Part shown: positions 35,060 through 46,460 of the stretch, piece after piece
How the letters are laid out: every line of letters starts with the position of its first letter
How positions within the stretch are numbered: the first letter of the stretch is position 1
From: an uncultured Nitrososphaeraceae archaeon
Lineage (GTDB): Archaea; Thermoproteota; Nitrososphaeria; Nitrososphaerales; Nitrososphaeraceae
NCBI GenBank assembly: GCA_963765895.1
Contig: CAVXZB010000023.1
Coordinates: 96,001 to 160,000, forward strand
Direction of reading: 5' to 3'
Length of the DNA stretch: 64,000 nucleotides
Made by a program: the position numbers and the translations under genes
The notes under the pieces: model-generated
The model's database searches: none
What the model was told of the DNA's origin: nothing
Seen by the model: only the letters and a program-made list of their open reading frames with translations

Positions 35060-37758
35060 CTATTTCCTCTCGATATCAGCCATAGACTTTCTTGCACTTT
35101 CGATAGCCTTTGTTTTCCTTGGTTTAATCGCCAATATGTACACTGACCCTGCTATATAAACAGCAAGCAGGATTAGTTGAGCTACCACTGATTCAAGTGT
35201 AGGATGGATGCCAGTCATTTCTGCCAAATTTATATCAAATCTGGGAACGATCCCAATGAGACTAGTCGTCGAAATATACCCAATTTCCTGAAGTGAACGG
35301 ATTGCATTACCCAAAAATGCTATTGACATATACGCACCTACTGCCATAGTCAAACCAAACAATATTCGAAGAGGCAATTTTTTACCCAGTCTTCGAATAA
35401 CAAACACTATACCAATAATTATCGCCAGTCCGGAGATGAATCCAGCTATCACGTACCATTCCATATACTTTGCAAATGACAGCATAGCCTGATAAAATAG
35501 GACAGTCTCAAAACCCTCTCTATAAACGGTAAAGAAAGAAAGCATAATAAATACTATGACGCTACCAGTGGTAGTTGCCTTCCACACTTTTGCCTTTACA
35601 AATTCTATCCATTTTTTAGTTTCAATTTTATTCAGGACCCAGAAGCTAACCCAGAATAAAATTGCGACTGCAGAAATACCAGCTACTGCCTCAATAATTT
35701 CCCTACTTGCTCCTGATATTTCTATAATATATTGCGCAATAGACCACGTTGCAGCGGTTGCAGCAATGGCGACAAGAATACCATAATAAACATGCTTCTT
35801 AAACTTATTATTTCTGGATGCTTCCAAATAAGTCAGGATTGCTCCTATGATCAATGCTGATTCCAATCCTTCTCTGAATATTATCGAAAATGATGTAGAA
35901 AATGCAATCCCAGGTGCCACAACCCCAGTTCCTGATACTAGTCTCTCAGATTCATCCAGACCCTGTTTTATCTCAAAAACCTTGCTCTGAACCTTATCGT
36001 ATGGGGCGTGTACTTGAATTAGGTTTCGTAACTCGGCAAATTTTATTTCCATATCTAAGGTAAAGTCCGAATTAATAGGTCTTAATGGAATTTCTACACT
36101 TTCGTAGTTATCCAAATAAGCTGATCGAGATGTCAAGAATGCCTCATTATAATCACCCTTTTTATATATCGAAAGCATATCATCTAACTTGGACCCGATC
36201 TTGTCCACATCGTTTCGAACAATTCCTTTAGAGGATTCATCTGCCTGTCCTATACTCCGTCTATCTCCAGTATATACTCCAAAACCTTTGCTAAGAGCCT
36301 GAATGTTAGTAAGGTTTCTCTCGTTTGCTCCAATACCAGTGTTCAACGATCGAAGTGCCGCGGATGAAAGCTTACTATTAGAAGAGGAAAGGCCGCCAGA
36401 TATGGTTGAATCAATCTGCGATTTGCTTTTAAGAAGAAATTCCGCCTTTTTCAGGTTCTCGAGTATACCATTCACGTAGACACTAATTTTGCCTAGTGGG
36501 GCTTTCTTGGTAATCATTTCTCTAAGGTGTTCTCTCATTGCTAATTCAATGTCGATCTTAAGTTTATGATCGTACTTGTCGATTGGAGCTTCAAGATATT
36601 CAAAGTTATCCAAGTATGCCGTAACAACAGTATCATCGGCCTGGGCATAGTTTCCAGTCTTGATGTAGGCAATAGAGTTAGCTGAGATCAGTTCGGATAG
36701 TTGAAAAGTATTTAGCATTTTGATCTTGAGGTTGGTTTTTAGCGGAATTGGTAGTAGAATTTCCAACGCTATTCCCATTCGTATTAGTTTTGCCAGGATT
36801 AGTAGATGGAGAGGTTGTCAGCCACGGAGCAAGATCATTTTCTAATTCGGAAATCACTCTTGAAACCGTCTGCTTATCGGATCTTTTCACAACATTATTA
36901 GTGAGCTGAGTGTATGCTAATTTAATTTCAGAGTTCTTGTTATTATTCAAGGAAGCAGATGTATTCCCATAATTTAATTGGGATACATGAACCAAACCTA
37001 TCGCATTCTGATAATCAATATCAGTACCACCAACGTTTCGCTTGGCACCATTGGTGTTGTAATAGTTCGCAGTTCTTGTAGATGGTACCTGTTCAGGTGC
37101 CTTATTGGTTGATTGAGGCTGGCCTACGTTGGATAATTGATATGATCTATTTGCATCAAATAATAAGAGCGCCGCCGTTTGAGCAAGCAGACCATTACTT
37201 TTATCGGTTTTAAGTACCGGTCCCAGTATCTGATCATAGATTATGATCAGATCAGACCGAACCTCGATCAAGTTTCTCTTTGCAGTATCTAGATCCCCCG
37301 TTTTAATTGAGAACGTGATATCAGTCAATTCCGACTCGAGTTGCTTTGCCGAATTTGAAAAACCAGTCTTTTCGAGAATATTTTTGATAGATGGAAATAT
37401 GACGGAATGTGTAATATACGAGTGAGCAAAAGCCATATTCCTGTCTCCTGTTATTAGGCTTTGTTCAGCCAACATTAACTGCGTCCGGATCCTATCAAAG
37501 TTTGTCATTAAGATAATCGCGTCAGTATCATTAACCGCACCCTTCGATTTCCCTAATACCGCACCAGTATAAGCTGCCTGCCATAGGTCTTAGTTCAATC
37601 GCAGAACCAATATTCAGGGCACGGGCTCGATTCTCGAATATAGAGTATACAACGAGAATATTTGATATTAGCAGGAAAGCCACAATGATCCTACTAATCT
37701 GAGATCTTTTATGCCTGGTCAAATTCGAGTTGTTGGGTGTAGGGGTCTTTATCTCCAT
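35060..37758 (-). CDS. Multidomain FTR1-family iron permease with large extracellular N-terminus (2 frameshifts)
   Basis: REGLE and REGFE iron-permeation motifs, 7-TM region, two AYLDN[FY]E repeats, signal peptide. ORFs 37531..37758, 36678..37508 and 35060..36778. Confidence 0.92.
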
Positions 37759-37868
37759 GTTGTCCGGTCACTCAAGCTGCTAATTCCATATCATCCCCCA
37801 AGTTTAATGGGAACAATATTGCATTATGAGGTTCTCTATTATTGATACCTCTTATAAATTCTAGCTCC

Positions 37869-37886
37869 ATTCTCTAGGTTGAGAAT
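37869..37886. promoter_or_regulatory. Palindrome ATTCTC-N6-GAGAAT upstream of FTR1 TATA box
   Basis: cATTCTCtaggttGAGAATg, about 11 bp upstream of minus-strand TTTATAA (37852-37858). Confidence 0.65.
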
Positions 37887-38249
37887 GCTTTACTACACAC
37901 CTCACCATTGGTAATTGAAGTGGAGGTGTAGCCTTACAGGGAGTCCTACTATGCACAATTGAAATATAGACATTAGGTTCGGCCAGATTTATTTATCAAA
38001 GTCGAAAAACGCTGTCCGCTAGAGTTAATATTTATTGATTTGAGTATCAACATTACGACAAATAATTAGGGTAAAGTAAGCATTTAGTAGAGCGGACCCA
38101 AATTTAAGCATGTCTTTTCAAATAATGCAAATATCTATTCTACTAATGAACCAGACTTTGCTAATATTCGAGTTTACCAGATGGATAGCAATTTGGGTTT
38201 ATCCTACCGTGGCCCCTTTAGGCAGTCGTGGATTTATAAGCGCAATTCT

Positions 38250-38267
38250 CCTCTCGGATGTGAGAAT
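38250..38267. promoter_or_regulatory. Imperfect ATTCTC-N6-GAGAAT site upstream of DUF2024 gene
   Basis: ccTCTCggatgtGAGAAT, about 13 bp upstream of TTAAATA (38280). Confidence 0.45.
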
Positions 38268-38308
38268 CATCCAAATAAATTAAATATCGTCTTTGTACAG
38301 TCCTATTC

Positions 38309-38569
38309 ATGGATTGCGCAGTATATGATACTTATGTAGAGAAGAAAGATGGCAAAGTGATGCATTTTGATGTGATTGTTGAGAAGAGTACGCCGCATGA
38401 AAGGGCAATCGAATATGGCAAAAGCTATTTGGAGAGTGTAGGCCAAGGAGGTCAAAACATGACCCAGGAAGAATGCCAATTTTGTCATATTCAAAGAGCG
38501 CCAGATACAGTTGAGAAGGAGATATCCTCTAGTGGATATTATATACAAGAGATGGAAGGCTGCCAATAG
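38309..38569 (+). CDS. DUF2024 family protein
   Basis: VYDTYV.KKDGKVMHFDVIV, YGKSYL, ECQFCH, GYYI.EMEGC. Confidence 0.88.
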   Translation: MDCAVYDTYVEKKDGKVMHFDVIVEKSTPHERAIEYGKSYLESVGQGGQNMTQEECQFCHIQRAPDTVEKEISSSGYYIQEMEGCQ

Positions 38570-38837
38570 ATAAGAAAAATAAAACAAAAATTCATTTTTT
38601 GAGTTAAATCATTCAGTTAAGTCCTATTTTTTATAAATAATATCTAACTTTAGACTTTTCTATTATCAACTACTTCAAAATTTATTTGCTGCATTTCTAT
38701 AGCGAATTACAAGGTAGGTTGGTGATGGCAAAGCAAAGAGGAAATAAAAATGTATCAAATTAAATGTATTCTTATATAATTAAGAACACAGATCGCGTAA
38801 TTGAGGCACGCATACCAAACTTTGGTACTTCGCTAGT

Positions 38838-40133
38838 CTAATCAGTGATCTTTATGTCGTATTGCAATAGCAGACTGTCCAAGTACCTCTGGAATCTTCC
38901 GTTAGATATTATGTCGTCTGAATAGATTCCCAGGGCGATCACTCTCCCCTTTTCATAACCAAGTTCATAGGAAGCGACTATAGGCTTTGCGTGAAATAAA
39001 GATTCAGGAACCGAGGCATTGTAATTCAGGAGGACAATATCTCTAGGATTGGTCACATATTGTTCTTCGTGAGGCTTATATCCAAATGGATCATTAACAA
39101 ATCTGCTTACACATTTATAACATAAGTAGTTGCTACCCACCCACTGCGATGTTTCGCTTTTCCATCTCTCATTGATGCTTTTCCACGCAGATCTCCCGTT
39201 AAATGTCCACCCATGTCCTTTTACCAATGTTACATTTTGACTATTTCTGTCATATTTTACCTGAGCAAAGAACACATTTCCATCCAAAATAATCATAGTC
39301 CCCCCATGTACAACAAATTGTTTTAGGTTATTATATTCTTGTTGGGTAACATATTCTTGATGTCCCAGAATTATTACATCGAAGGCATTAGTATCAGTCG
39401 TATCCTGATTCTTTTTAAAAATTGATCCCTCATCTACGTCAGCATCTGACATTACTGTAATATTGGAATCTTGTGTCAACCATTTGAGATTACTAAGCAA
39501 ATTAAGCATTGTAAAAGCTGATTTGGCCGACGGAGAGGTCAAATTGGTGTTGGTACCAATCACTTTGCTTGAGAGCAGTTTTAGATCGCTGGTCACATTG
39601 ACCTTTGGCAGTGTTTCACCATACTTTTTGTAAAACAAATAAAAAGCATGATTATAAGCTGCCGTTGTAAAAGTGGGATTAATAAGAGCAATCCTTATGC
39701 CGGCGCCGAACTCGTCGGTGTGTGTATTGTTATCTGGGGTTGATAACTCTCTCTTGTCTTTGGAGAAGGTATAATAGGCGTTACTATTATTTTCACCCTT
39801 CCTTCCCATATTCGTGACATTGTTCTTTTCTGAGCCGATAGTCGAAGGTGCGCGTGACGAGAGATTGGAATTATCACCGTTCCTCATACTCTCAACTACT
39901 GACAGCGGCGAGTCTGGCTTGTGAATATATGACGAGTTAGAAATACTTTCCGGCTTTCGTAATAATAGCAAATGATTTAGAGTTGTATTTCGTTGTTCAC
40001 CACTGATATTTTGTGCAAAACCTGGTCTGATCTGCGAGAACCCTGTTTCACTCTGGATAAATATGAATGCCAAAGTCAATACTATAGCAATTAGTGGCAT
40101 ACCTATCCTAACTATAAAAGAAGAATTTTTCAT
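38838..40133 (-). CDS. Secreted protein with N,N-dimethylformamidase beta-subunit-like (class I GAT-fold) domain
   Basis: Signal anchor, PTFTTAAY, DVIILGHQEYVT, FV..GGT.IILDGNVFFA.V. Confidence 0.75.
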   Translation of the reverse strand: MKNSSFIVRIGMPLIAIVLTLAFIFIQSETGFSQIRPGFAQNISGEQRNTTLNHLLLLRKPESISNSSYIHKPDSPLSVVESMRNGDNSNLSSRAPSTIGSEKNNVTNMGRKGENNSNAYYTFSKDKRELSTPDNNTHTDEFGAGIRIALINPTFTTAAYNHAFYLFYKKYGETLPKVNVTSDLKLLSSKVIGTNTNLTSPSAKSAFTMLNLLSNLKWLTQDSNITVMSDADVDEGSIFKKNQDTTDTNAFDVIILGHQEYVTQQEYNNLKQFVVHGGTMIILDGNVFFAQVKYDRNSQNVTLVKGHGWTFNGRSAWKSINERWKSETSQWVGSNYLCYKCVSRFVNDPFGYKPHEEQYVTNPRDIVLLNYNASVPESLFHAKPIVASYELGYEKGRVIALGIYSDDIISNGRFQRYLDSLLLQYDIKITD

Positions 40134-40311
40134 TTATCTATCATGCAAACCTTCCACTTTTCGACTTCCATGCTAACGTTACAGATTCATGATTCTTCAA
40201 ATTCTTTGTCTATGTCTCTTTTCTACCATCGGCATATCTATTCAAGTGTCCCGCTCATTAAACTTGCAGATCGGTAAAGATCTGCACGTCTTATAATTAA
40301 AGAGTGGTGCG

Positions 40312-40329
40312 ATTCTCATAGTTGAGAAT
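40312..40329. promoter_or_regulatory. Palindrome ATTCTC-N6-GAGAAT upstream of the 38838..40133 gene
   Basis: ATTCTCatagttGAGAAT, about 11 bp upstream of minus-strand TTTAATTATAA (40291-40301). Confidence 0.6.
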
Positions 40330-40562
40330 TATTACATAGTACCAATTGACATATATTTTATAAGCAAATAGTGAATTGCGAGATCTAATGAATTTAATAT
40401 AATCGACCAGACAGGCTTACAAATCGTAGCTATTTGACAGTATATCCAAATATCAAGTGAACAAATATACAAAAAGGATCAAGCACACATGTTTCAAAAT
40501 AAGACTGATCAGAAGTAAAAAATTAAGAGATAAGAGGTGTTCAAACTACTAAAATATGCTAG

Positions 40563-41294
40563 CTAGTACTGCATAGTAGCTATTTTAGACGTTTGATCGG
40601 GTCTATATTTATTCCAAAGTAGTCCAAAGAATATCCCAATCAGAGCAAAGAATATTGCCATGGTGACTCCAGTCAAGATTCTAAAAGTGTTGACCACACT
40701 CATTGGTATTTCAATTTTATCTGGATTCGGCGGCCAAGTAAGATACATTGTGGCAATCGATATCAAATACAATGCTGGTACAATATACGAAATATTATTA
40801 ACTCTCCTGAACTTGAAGAATATGACACCCATGGCAACAGCTACTATTACTGACGTTATTTGATACGTAGTGTATAGATGTTGTCTCAGACTAATAGTAT
40901 CAGGATTCCCTACAGCTGGAGGATTCGGCGGGTACTTGCTAAATGGAACTAGATAAATTGCGAGATACATCAGTCCCACTAAAAGAATCGCCTTCTTTCT
41001 ATCATCAGAAAATGGCAGGTATTTTCTAACAAAAATATAGGTAATTCCTAGTAAACCTCCGTATGCCATTCCTATAAATGCCCCTGCGGCAAACGTACCT
41101 GACTTTTGCCATATCCTGTAAGAATTTAATGCACCAAAATCAACTTTTTCTCCTTTGGCAATGTCTTTCTGAGTTTCAAAATTAATCGCCTTGTCAGTTG
41201 AGGGTTCCACCACGAATAAATTTATACCCGCTAAAATCTCGCCTGCTATAATGCCAGAGACAAGAGAGATAACAATGAAAAGAAGAGTTCTCAT
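40563..41294 (-). CDS. cbtA: Cobalt transporter subunit CbtA
   Basis: VEP..DKAI.FE, LVPFSKYPPNPPAVG.PDTI..R, multiple TM segments. Confidence 0.9.
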   Translation of the reverse strand: MRTLLFIVISLVSGIIAGEILAGINLFVVEPSTDKAINFETQKDIAKGEKVDFGALNSYRIWQKSGTFAAGAFIGMAYGGLLGITYIFVRKYLPFSDDRKKAILLVGLMYLAIYLVPFSKYPPNPPAVGNPDTISLRQHLYTTYQITSVIVAVAMGVIFFKFRRVNNISYIVPALYLISIATMYLTWPPNPDKIEIPMSVVNTFRILTGVTMAIFFALIGIFFGLLWNKYRPDQTSKIATMQY

Positions 41295-41328
41295 ATAATC
41301 ACTACTGTCATGTTTTCAAAAAAAGAAG

Positions 41329-41548
41329 TCAGTGACATGGAAATCCTGATTCATGTCTTATATCATGTACGAATTCGTGTAGCCACATATTATCGTACGC
41401 AGATTTACCCTGTACTAGACTAAAAATCTGACCAGTATCATATCCTACTGCAAACAAGCTAAAAAGTGACTATTCCGGCTAATATGCCTACGCCTATGAT
41501 TGGAACTTGTCGTCTATGGATTGTTCTTTGATCTTGGCTAAGACTCAT
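41329..41548 (-). CDS. cbtB: Cobalt transporter subunit CbtB (not in ORF track; one extra T near 41463)
   Basis: Manual reading: MSLSQDQ...GILAGIVTF/SLFAVGYDTGQIFS...WLHEFVHDIRHESGFPCH*, the CbtB HDxRHxxGFPCH signature. Confidence 0.9.
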
Positions 41549-41869
41549 TCTCAGTATTGTAGAAATTGTTAATATATAAAGTCTTGTATAGTTTATCCAA
41601 CATAGATATGGCTTGATTAGTCAATATACTTGCGGAGATTTTCATAACAAAAACTAGTAAGTTATCATTGAGACGAAGTGAACAGCTTTAACACAATGAG
41701 ATGTGTGAAAACATCACAACATTTAGCATGTAATATCCAATAAAGCGAGCAAGCTCATGCAGATAAGAATAGAGTCATTGCCATCACTTTAATACAAAAG
41801 AGAGTGACCATGGCTCTTCTCAATCGTCTTTAGGCTCTGCTGCCTCCCTGTGAAATGTTAAAGCCATTC

Positions 41870-42227
41870 GTACTTCTGAAATCAAGAAAGGTATGGATAG
41901 CGGTAAGTATTGTCGTCATTGTTGTAGTTATTGGGTCCCACTCTTGTGGGATCGTTTTCAAATACTACCAGAGCTGCCCCTATTTTTCAATTGAGAACGA
42001 TAGACGGAAATCGCATATCGTTGACATCATTTAGGGGAAAGCTTGTAAGACTCTGGTTTATGGCAGCTTGTCCTACATGCGTAGGCCAAAGTGAAGCACA
42101 AGGTTTTATCATATTTCTAACTTATGCATTAGAAGTGGATATCATGATGACCATAATATCGACACTACGGGGCATCTCAAATCAGAAATTTGCTAGGCAT
42201 ATCCAAAAAAATTGGCGCATAATATAA
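41870..42227 (+). pseudogene. Truncated membrane-anchored redoxin (TlpA/AhpC-TSA-like)
   Basis: TM anchor, then APIFQLRTIDG..ISL..FRGK...FMAA-CPTC; the sequence degrades afterwards. Confidence 0.65.
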
Positions 42228-42560
42228 ACACAATAACTAGCGTGAATCTAATTGTAGCAGGAACCTATCTGGTTTATTATAATATAGTAATCTGTAAATT
42301 AATAGTGGCATAAGTTCAAGATCGTTAGGTTCTCACATAGTTAATCAATTGAATACAATCTTAAGATAACATTCAAAGAAATGGATAATTGATTTACCCC
42401 TTAAAGATGTCTACCAAACGTACCAAAATACTACCTCATCCTTTGAATGGGACATTCGCTCAATTGACTTATCCTATCAGTTACTAATTAAAGGTTTCAA
42501 TTGACATCAAGTAGGTCGATCTCATTAATTCGTCTGACAACTAGGCTCCGCATATCTTTT

Positions 42561-43208
42561 TTACTCAGCATGGTTTTCGTGATTCATGATTGTCAATAAT
42601 GCTGCACTCTTAGAAGCTAGCTCAGCAGTTCTTGGATCCGATTCATCGCTGCCGACTATTATTACGTCGCCACTTTCAGGTATCAAACTCGTGACCAGCA
42701 ATTTGTATATTCGTATTTCATTTCTTAATGAATCATATCCAGTAAGAGGGATTACAAATTTTCGATCGATATATAATAGAGTCGTGGCTCCCAATGCCCC
42801 CATTTTTACTGCTGCATCTCTTTGTTCGATTCCGGATTTTATTCCATAGTCGAGATGCTTTACTAACACACCATAGTTATATTTGCCCAATGCGACAGAG
42901 CATTTTGGAATGACGCATTCTGTAGGGATGGAAGCATGCAACTGTGAAAAGAGATCAACGCCCTTTTCGGATAACTTGGTTCCAGTATTACTAGTGAATA
43001 TCAAGTCTTGCATTTTCAAGTGTTTTACTAAAGTCTTGATCGACCCTTCACCTAAATTAAGTTCCTTGCAGAGCAATCCCCTACTGATATGACCCTTATA
43101 ATGCATTAGCTGCAACGTTTTAAATATATGTGCCATATCATAAGAAAGAATCCTACTCGGCGCATATCTGCTTGATATTTCTTGTAAGGTCTTAACGTAA
43201 GTATGCAT
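42561..43208 (-). CDS. DUF4443-type HTH transcriptional regulator
   Basis: ISRGLLCKELNLGEGSIKTLVKHLK, GIEQRDAAVKMGALGATTL. Confidence 0.82.
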   Translation of the reverse strand: MHTYVKTLQEISSRYAPSRILSYDMAHIFKTLQLMHYKGHISRGLLCKELNLGEGSIKTLVKHLKMQDLIFTSNTGTKLSEKGVDLFSQLHASIPTECVIPKCSVALGKYNYGVLVKHLDYGIKSGIEQRDAAVKMGALGATTLLYIDRKFVIPLTGYDSLRNEIRIYKLLVTSLIPESGDVIIVGSDESDPRTAELASKSAALLTIMNHENHAE

Positions 43209-43763
43209 TCTTGTCCTATCGATAATATTATTACCTTCGCATATTAATTTATTTCAAGAATTTATCCAACGTTGCATCTTTTCTGCCTGAATTTTTAGGG
43301 ACTTTCTTACATCGGATTTAGTCGTACAAAAATCGTGAAATTAATTTTATTCGACCAAACTAAAGTAATCTGTTGAATAGTATCTTTAGAAGTTTTAATT
43401 GCTTTAGATCTAGCCAACCAACCGATGAGAATATTGAAAACTATACTGAGTAGCATAATTTCGTATATCTACAAAAGAGTTTAAACATAGAGTAGGATAG
43501 GATGACTGATTTTGATGAATTTATGTTAAGGAGTTTTGATATTCATTAGAGATTCACCGTCATTAATATGATAGACACTTTGGAATAAGGAGATTTGAAT
43601 TGGGGGCAATCTAGGCAGCATCAGTTGCCAGTTTCATTGGAATCTACCTGTTTGTCTTGACAGTACTCAATTTTGTTCAGAAAAGATACAGCTAGACAAT
43701 AAGTATTTCATCATCGGCAAGACATTAGTAATCAATTAGCAGGTTCCCATTTTAAATAATAAT

Positions 43764-44312
43764 TTATTTATGATGCCTTCTATCAGTCTTGAGTAGAACT
43801 ACCCTGGATGTGGTTTTCAAAGAGGAACTTTTTACACTGGTTTCGATCCCACAACTGACGTCAAGATTATAATGGTTAATTAGATTTTGAGTTATTCGCT
43901 CTAGGCAATATTGAAGTACTTTTAGCTCGTCGTCTGAAATGTCCTTGGTCAAAATTTTTTTGACCGATATGGCACATTCAAACATTGGGTCTAGCAAGGA
44001 TTCGGCTCTTTCAGTAAGATAGAGTCTATTTATACGTCTATCATCAGCGTCCGTTCGTCTTTTCACAAGTCCCTTCCTCTCTAATCGGTCGATCAGTGGT
44101 ATGATGGATGATGCATCTAAACTCAGTTTGTTTGCAATTTCTCTCTGAGTGACTCCGTTTTGGAGGCGAATGATATTAATTGCTCTCCATTGAGCCAGTG
44201 TAACACCTACCCTATTCTGTAATTCTAAATCGAAGGCCTGTTGAACCGTCTTCGATGCCAAAACAATTTTGCGTCCTAAACTACTTTCATAATCGTACTT
44301 GGTTAGTGTCAT
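43764..44312 (-). CDS. MarR family transcriptional regulator
   Basis: GVTLAQW, TQREIA, IDRLERKGLVKR..D..DRR..RLYLT. Confidence 0.92.
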   Translation of the reverse strand: MTLTKYDYESSLGRKIVLASKTVQQAFDLELQNRVGVTLAQWRAINIIRLQNGVTQREIANKLSLDASSIIPLIDRLERKGLVKRRTDADDRRINRLYLTERAESLLDPMFECAISVKKILTKDISDDELKVLQYCLERITQNLINHYNLDVSCGIETSVKSSSLKTTSRVVLLKTDRRHHK

Positions 44313-44378
44313 TTAATAATAATAAATATAGTATCAGATCGGATATAAAACATTTTAAGACTTATATATTATTATAGT

Positions 44379-44414
44379 GTATACAATAATTTGACATCCA
44401 GTTATATTGTATAC
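44379..44414. promoter_or_regulatory. Inverted repeat GTATACAATA...TATTGTATAC in the marR divergent promoter
   Basis: Perfect 10-bp arms at 44379-44388 and 44405-44414, each containing GTATAC. Confidence 0.5.
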
Positions 44415-44529
44415 TAGTCAGAATCACCATGAGGAAAACAACAGCTCTTATACTTGTGAAGAATGTGCAAATTCATTTGACAGTAAGTCGGAATTAGCTG
44501 ACCACATTCATCGGATGCATGGCCTGTGA
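44407..44529 (+). CDS. 40-aa C2H2 zinc-finger microprotein (not in ORF track)
   Basis: TTG start, MYTSQNHHEENNSSYTCEECANSFDSKSELADHIHRMHGL*, matching Y-x-C-x2-C-x3-F-x5-L-x2-H-x4-H. Confidence 0.72.
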   Translation: MYTSQNHHEENNSSYTCEECANSFDSKSELADHIHRMHGL

Positions 44530-44579
44530 GCTTCGATACATAATAGCGTCATCGTATCAGAAATATTTGTGTGTGACCC

Positions 44580-45824
44580 ATGATTGGTGGCTAGATAATA
44601 AATAAACCATTTTCTACCTCAAGAATTCTTGTAATAGGCTTGGGCCAACTTGGTTTACCAGTAGCAAAATACATCAAGGATCGACGGGATTTGATACATA
44701 TGGTTATGACATAAGTACAAAAGCAATGGATCGTGCACAGAAAATAGCTGGAATAAAAAGGATTGGAGATAGTAATAATAACAATAATAGCTCCAGAAAT
44801 AATGGTAATAGTGCTAGTGTTAGTGTAAGTAGTAGTAGTAGTAATAATAATAATAATAATAATAATAATTATGATGGTAATACTTCCGTTGCATATTATT
44901 TTAGTCAGTTTGATGTCTTTATCATCTGTGTTTCTACACACAAACCAGATGACATGTTTTCTCCACAAATAGATGGTCTATTATCTATAGTTGAAAAGAT
45001 ATCAAAAGAAGCAAAGAATGGAGCACTAGTTTCAATAGAAAGTACTATTCCAAAAGGTACATCAAAGAAGGTATTTGAAATGCTTAATCATAGACTGCAT
45101 GTAGCTCATGCACCTCATCGCTGGTATGCATTAGAACAAGAAGAACACGGTGTCAATCAACTACGAGTACTTGGTGGAGTCTGTCAATGCTGTCTAGATG
45201 TAGCTATGGAGTTTTATGATGGTAGAGTACGAATAAATGGAGAAATAAAGGGTCAAGCATACGGAATAGAAATAGAATCAGAAAAGAAAGGCAATCTAGA
45301 TAATAATAATAATAATAATAGATAAAGAAAATAGTGAAAATAATAATTATGATAACATCGTCATAGATGAAGATGAAGAAGAAGAACAACTACAGCAACA
45401 ACAGGCTACAATAAATCCACACAAAAAGAGCTTGGATATTCGTATGCATGCAGTACCTCAAATAGAAATTGCTGAAATTACAAAGATTGCTGAAAATGCT
45501 CACAGATATCTACAAATAGCATTTGCAGAAGATCTATATCTTTACTGTCAAGCAAATAACATAAACTTTGCAGAACTACGAGATGCACTAAATACAAAAT
45601 GGAATGTGAATATACTTGAACCAAGAGATGGAATAGGTGGTCATTGTCTACCAAAAGATACTAAAATGTTCTTACAATCTTCCAAGTCAATAAGAAGTAA
45701 GATATTGGCGTCAGCAATAGAGGTAGATGAAGATTATAGAAGGTATAGACAGAAGAGGATCACAACTCTCGACCACTATAGTATCTATTCATTACATAAG
45801 GATAGACACAAACTATGCACTTAA
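44580..45824 (+). pseudogene. Nucleotide-sugar dehydrogenase (UDP-Glc/GDP-Man/UDP-ManNAc DH-like), disrupted, with microsatellite insertions
   Basis: VIGLGQLG, IICVST, IESTIPKGT, PHRW, AEITKIAENAHR, GIGGHCLPKD; in-frame stop, frameshifts, poly-N/S/E/Q inserts. Confidence 0.82.
44828..44869. repeat. (AGT)5(AAT)9 microsatellite
   Basis: Directly visible; encodes SSSSSNNNNNNNNN. Confidence 0.95.
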
Positions 45825-46460
45825 TCCTATAATAAGTTGAGACTTACGGATTATGCTTCAAATTTGCTTGGTAGAGTGTATAACCAATGCGTAGTCCAAT
45901 TTCCATCGAAATACCAATTCTAGTCTTTCATTTAAAACTTGTACGCGTATCTACCGATGTTTAACACCTGGATTCAATATTTATTCAGGATTTTAACGAA
46001 TCAATATCCGACAAGTATTAAAAACTGTCCAGTCTGACTGTCAATCCACTTAACATGATATCTCCTGGAGTTAATGCAAAAATATTACCGGATGGCTCCA
46101 AATGCAGATATAGATTAGCCTTTTGTGGAGTCCCAATGTCGAATATTGCGTGTCAAATCTAGTAAAGAAGACCAAGCCATTAAAAAGCCACAGTAGATAA
46201 ATTGTTGCAGGATTAATTGCAGTTCACGGAGGCGCACATTGTGCAAGCATTAGCGTAAAACTATTCTTTCCGGACCTCTTTGTGATTATATAATACATAT
46301 TCGTTCGCTACCGAATGGGTCTAGTACAAACATTTATGGCGAGAAACAAGAATATTGTCCCATCTCGCTAAGCCATTTACTTAAGTGGAAACTGAACGCA
46401 ATACGCAACATATTGCGGACATTTTATGTGGTATCTATCGGATAACGACTATTTGACAGA

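Noticed and set aside
38470-38490. CxxCH (CQFCH) in DUF2024 as a c-type heme site
   Set aside because: There is no signal peptide, and the motif is part of the family's conserved Cys/His cluster.
41549-41900. Cobalamin riboswitch upstream of cbtB
   Set aside because: No B12-box is recognisable, and the TATA box is about 25 bp from the start codon.
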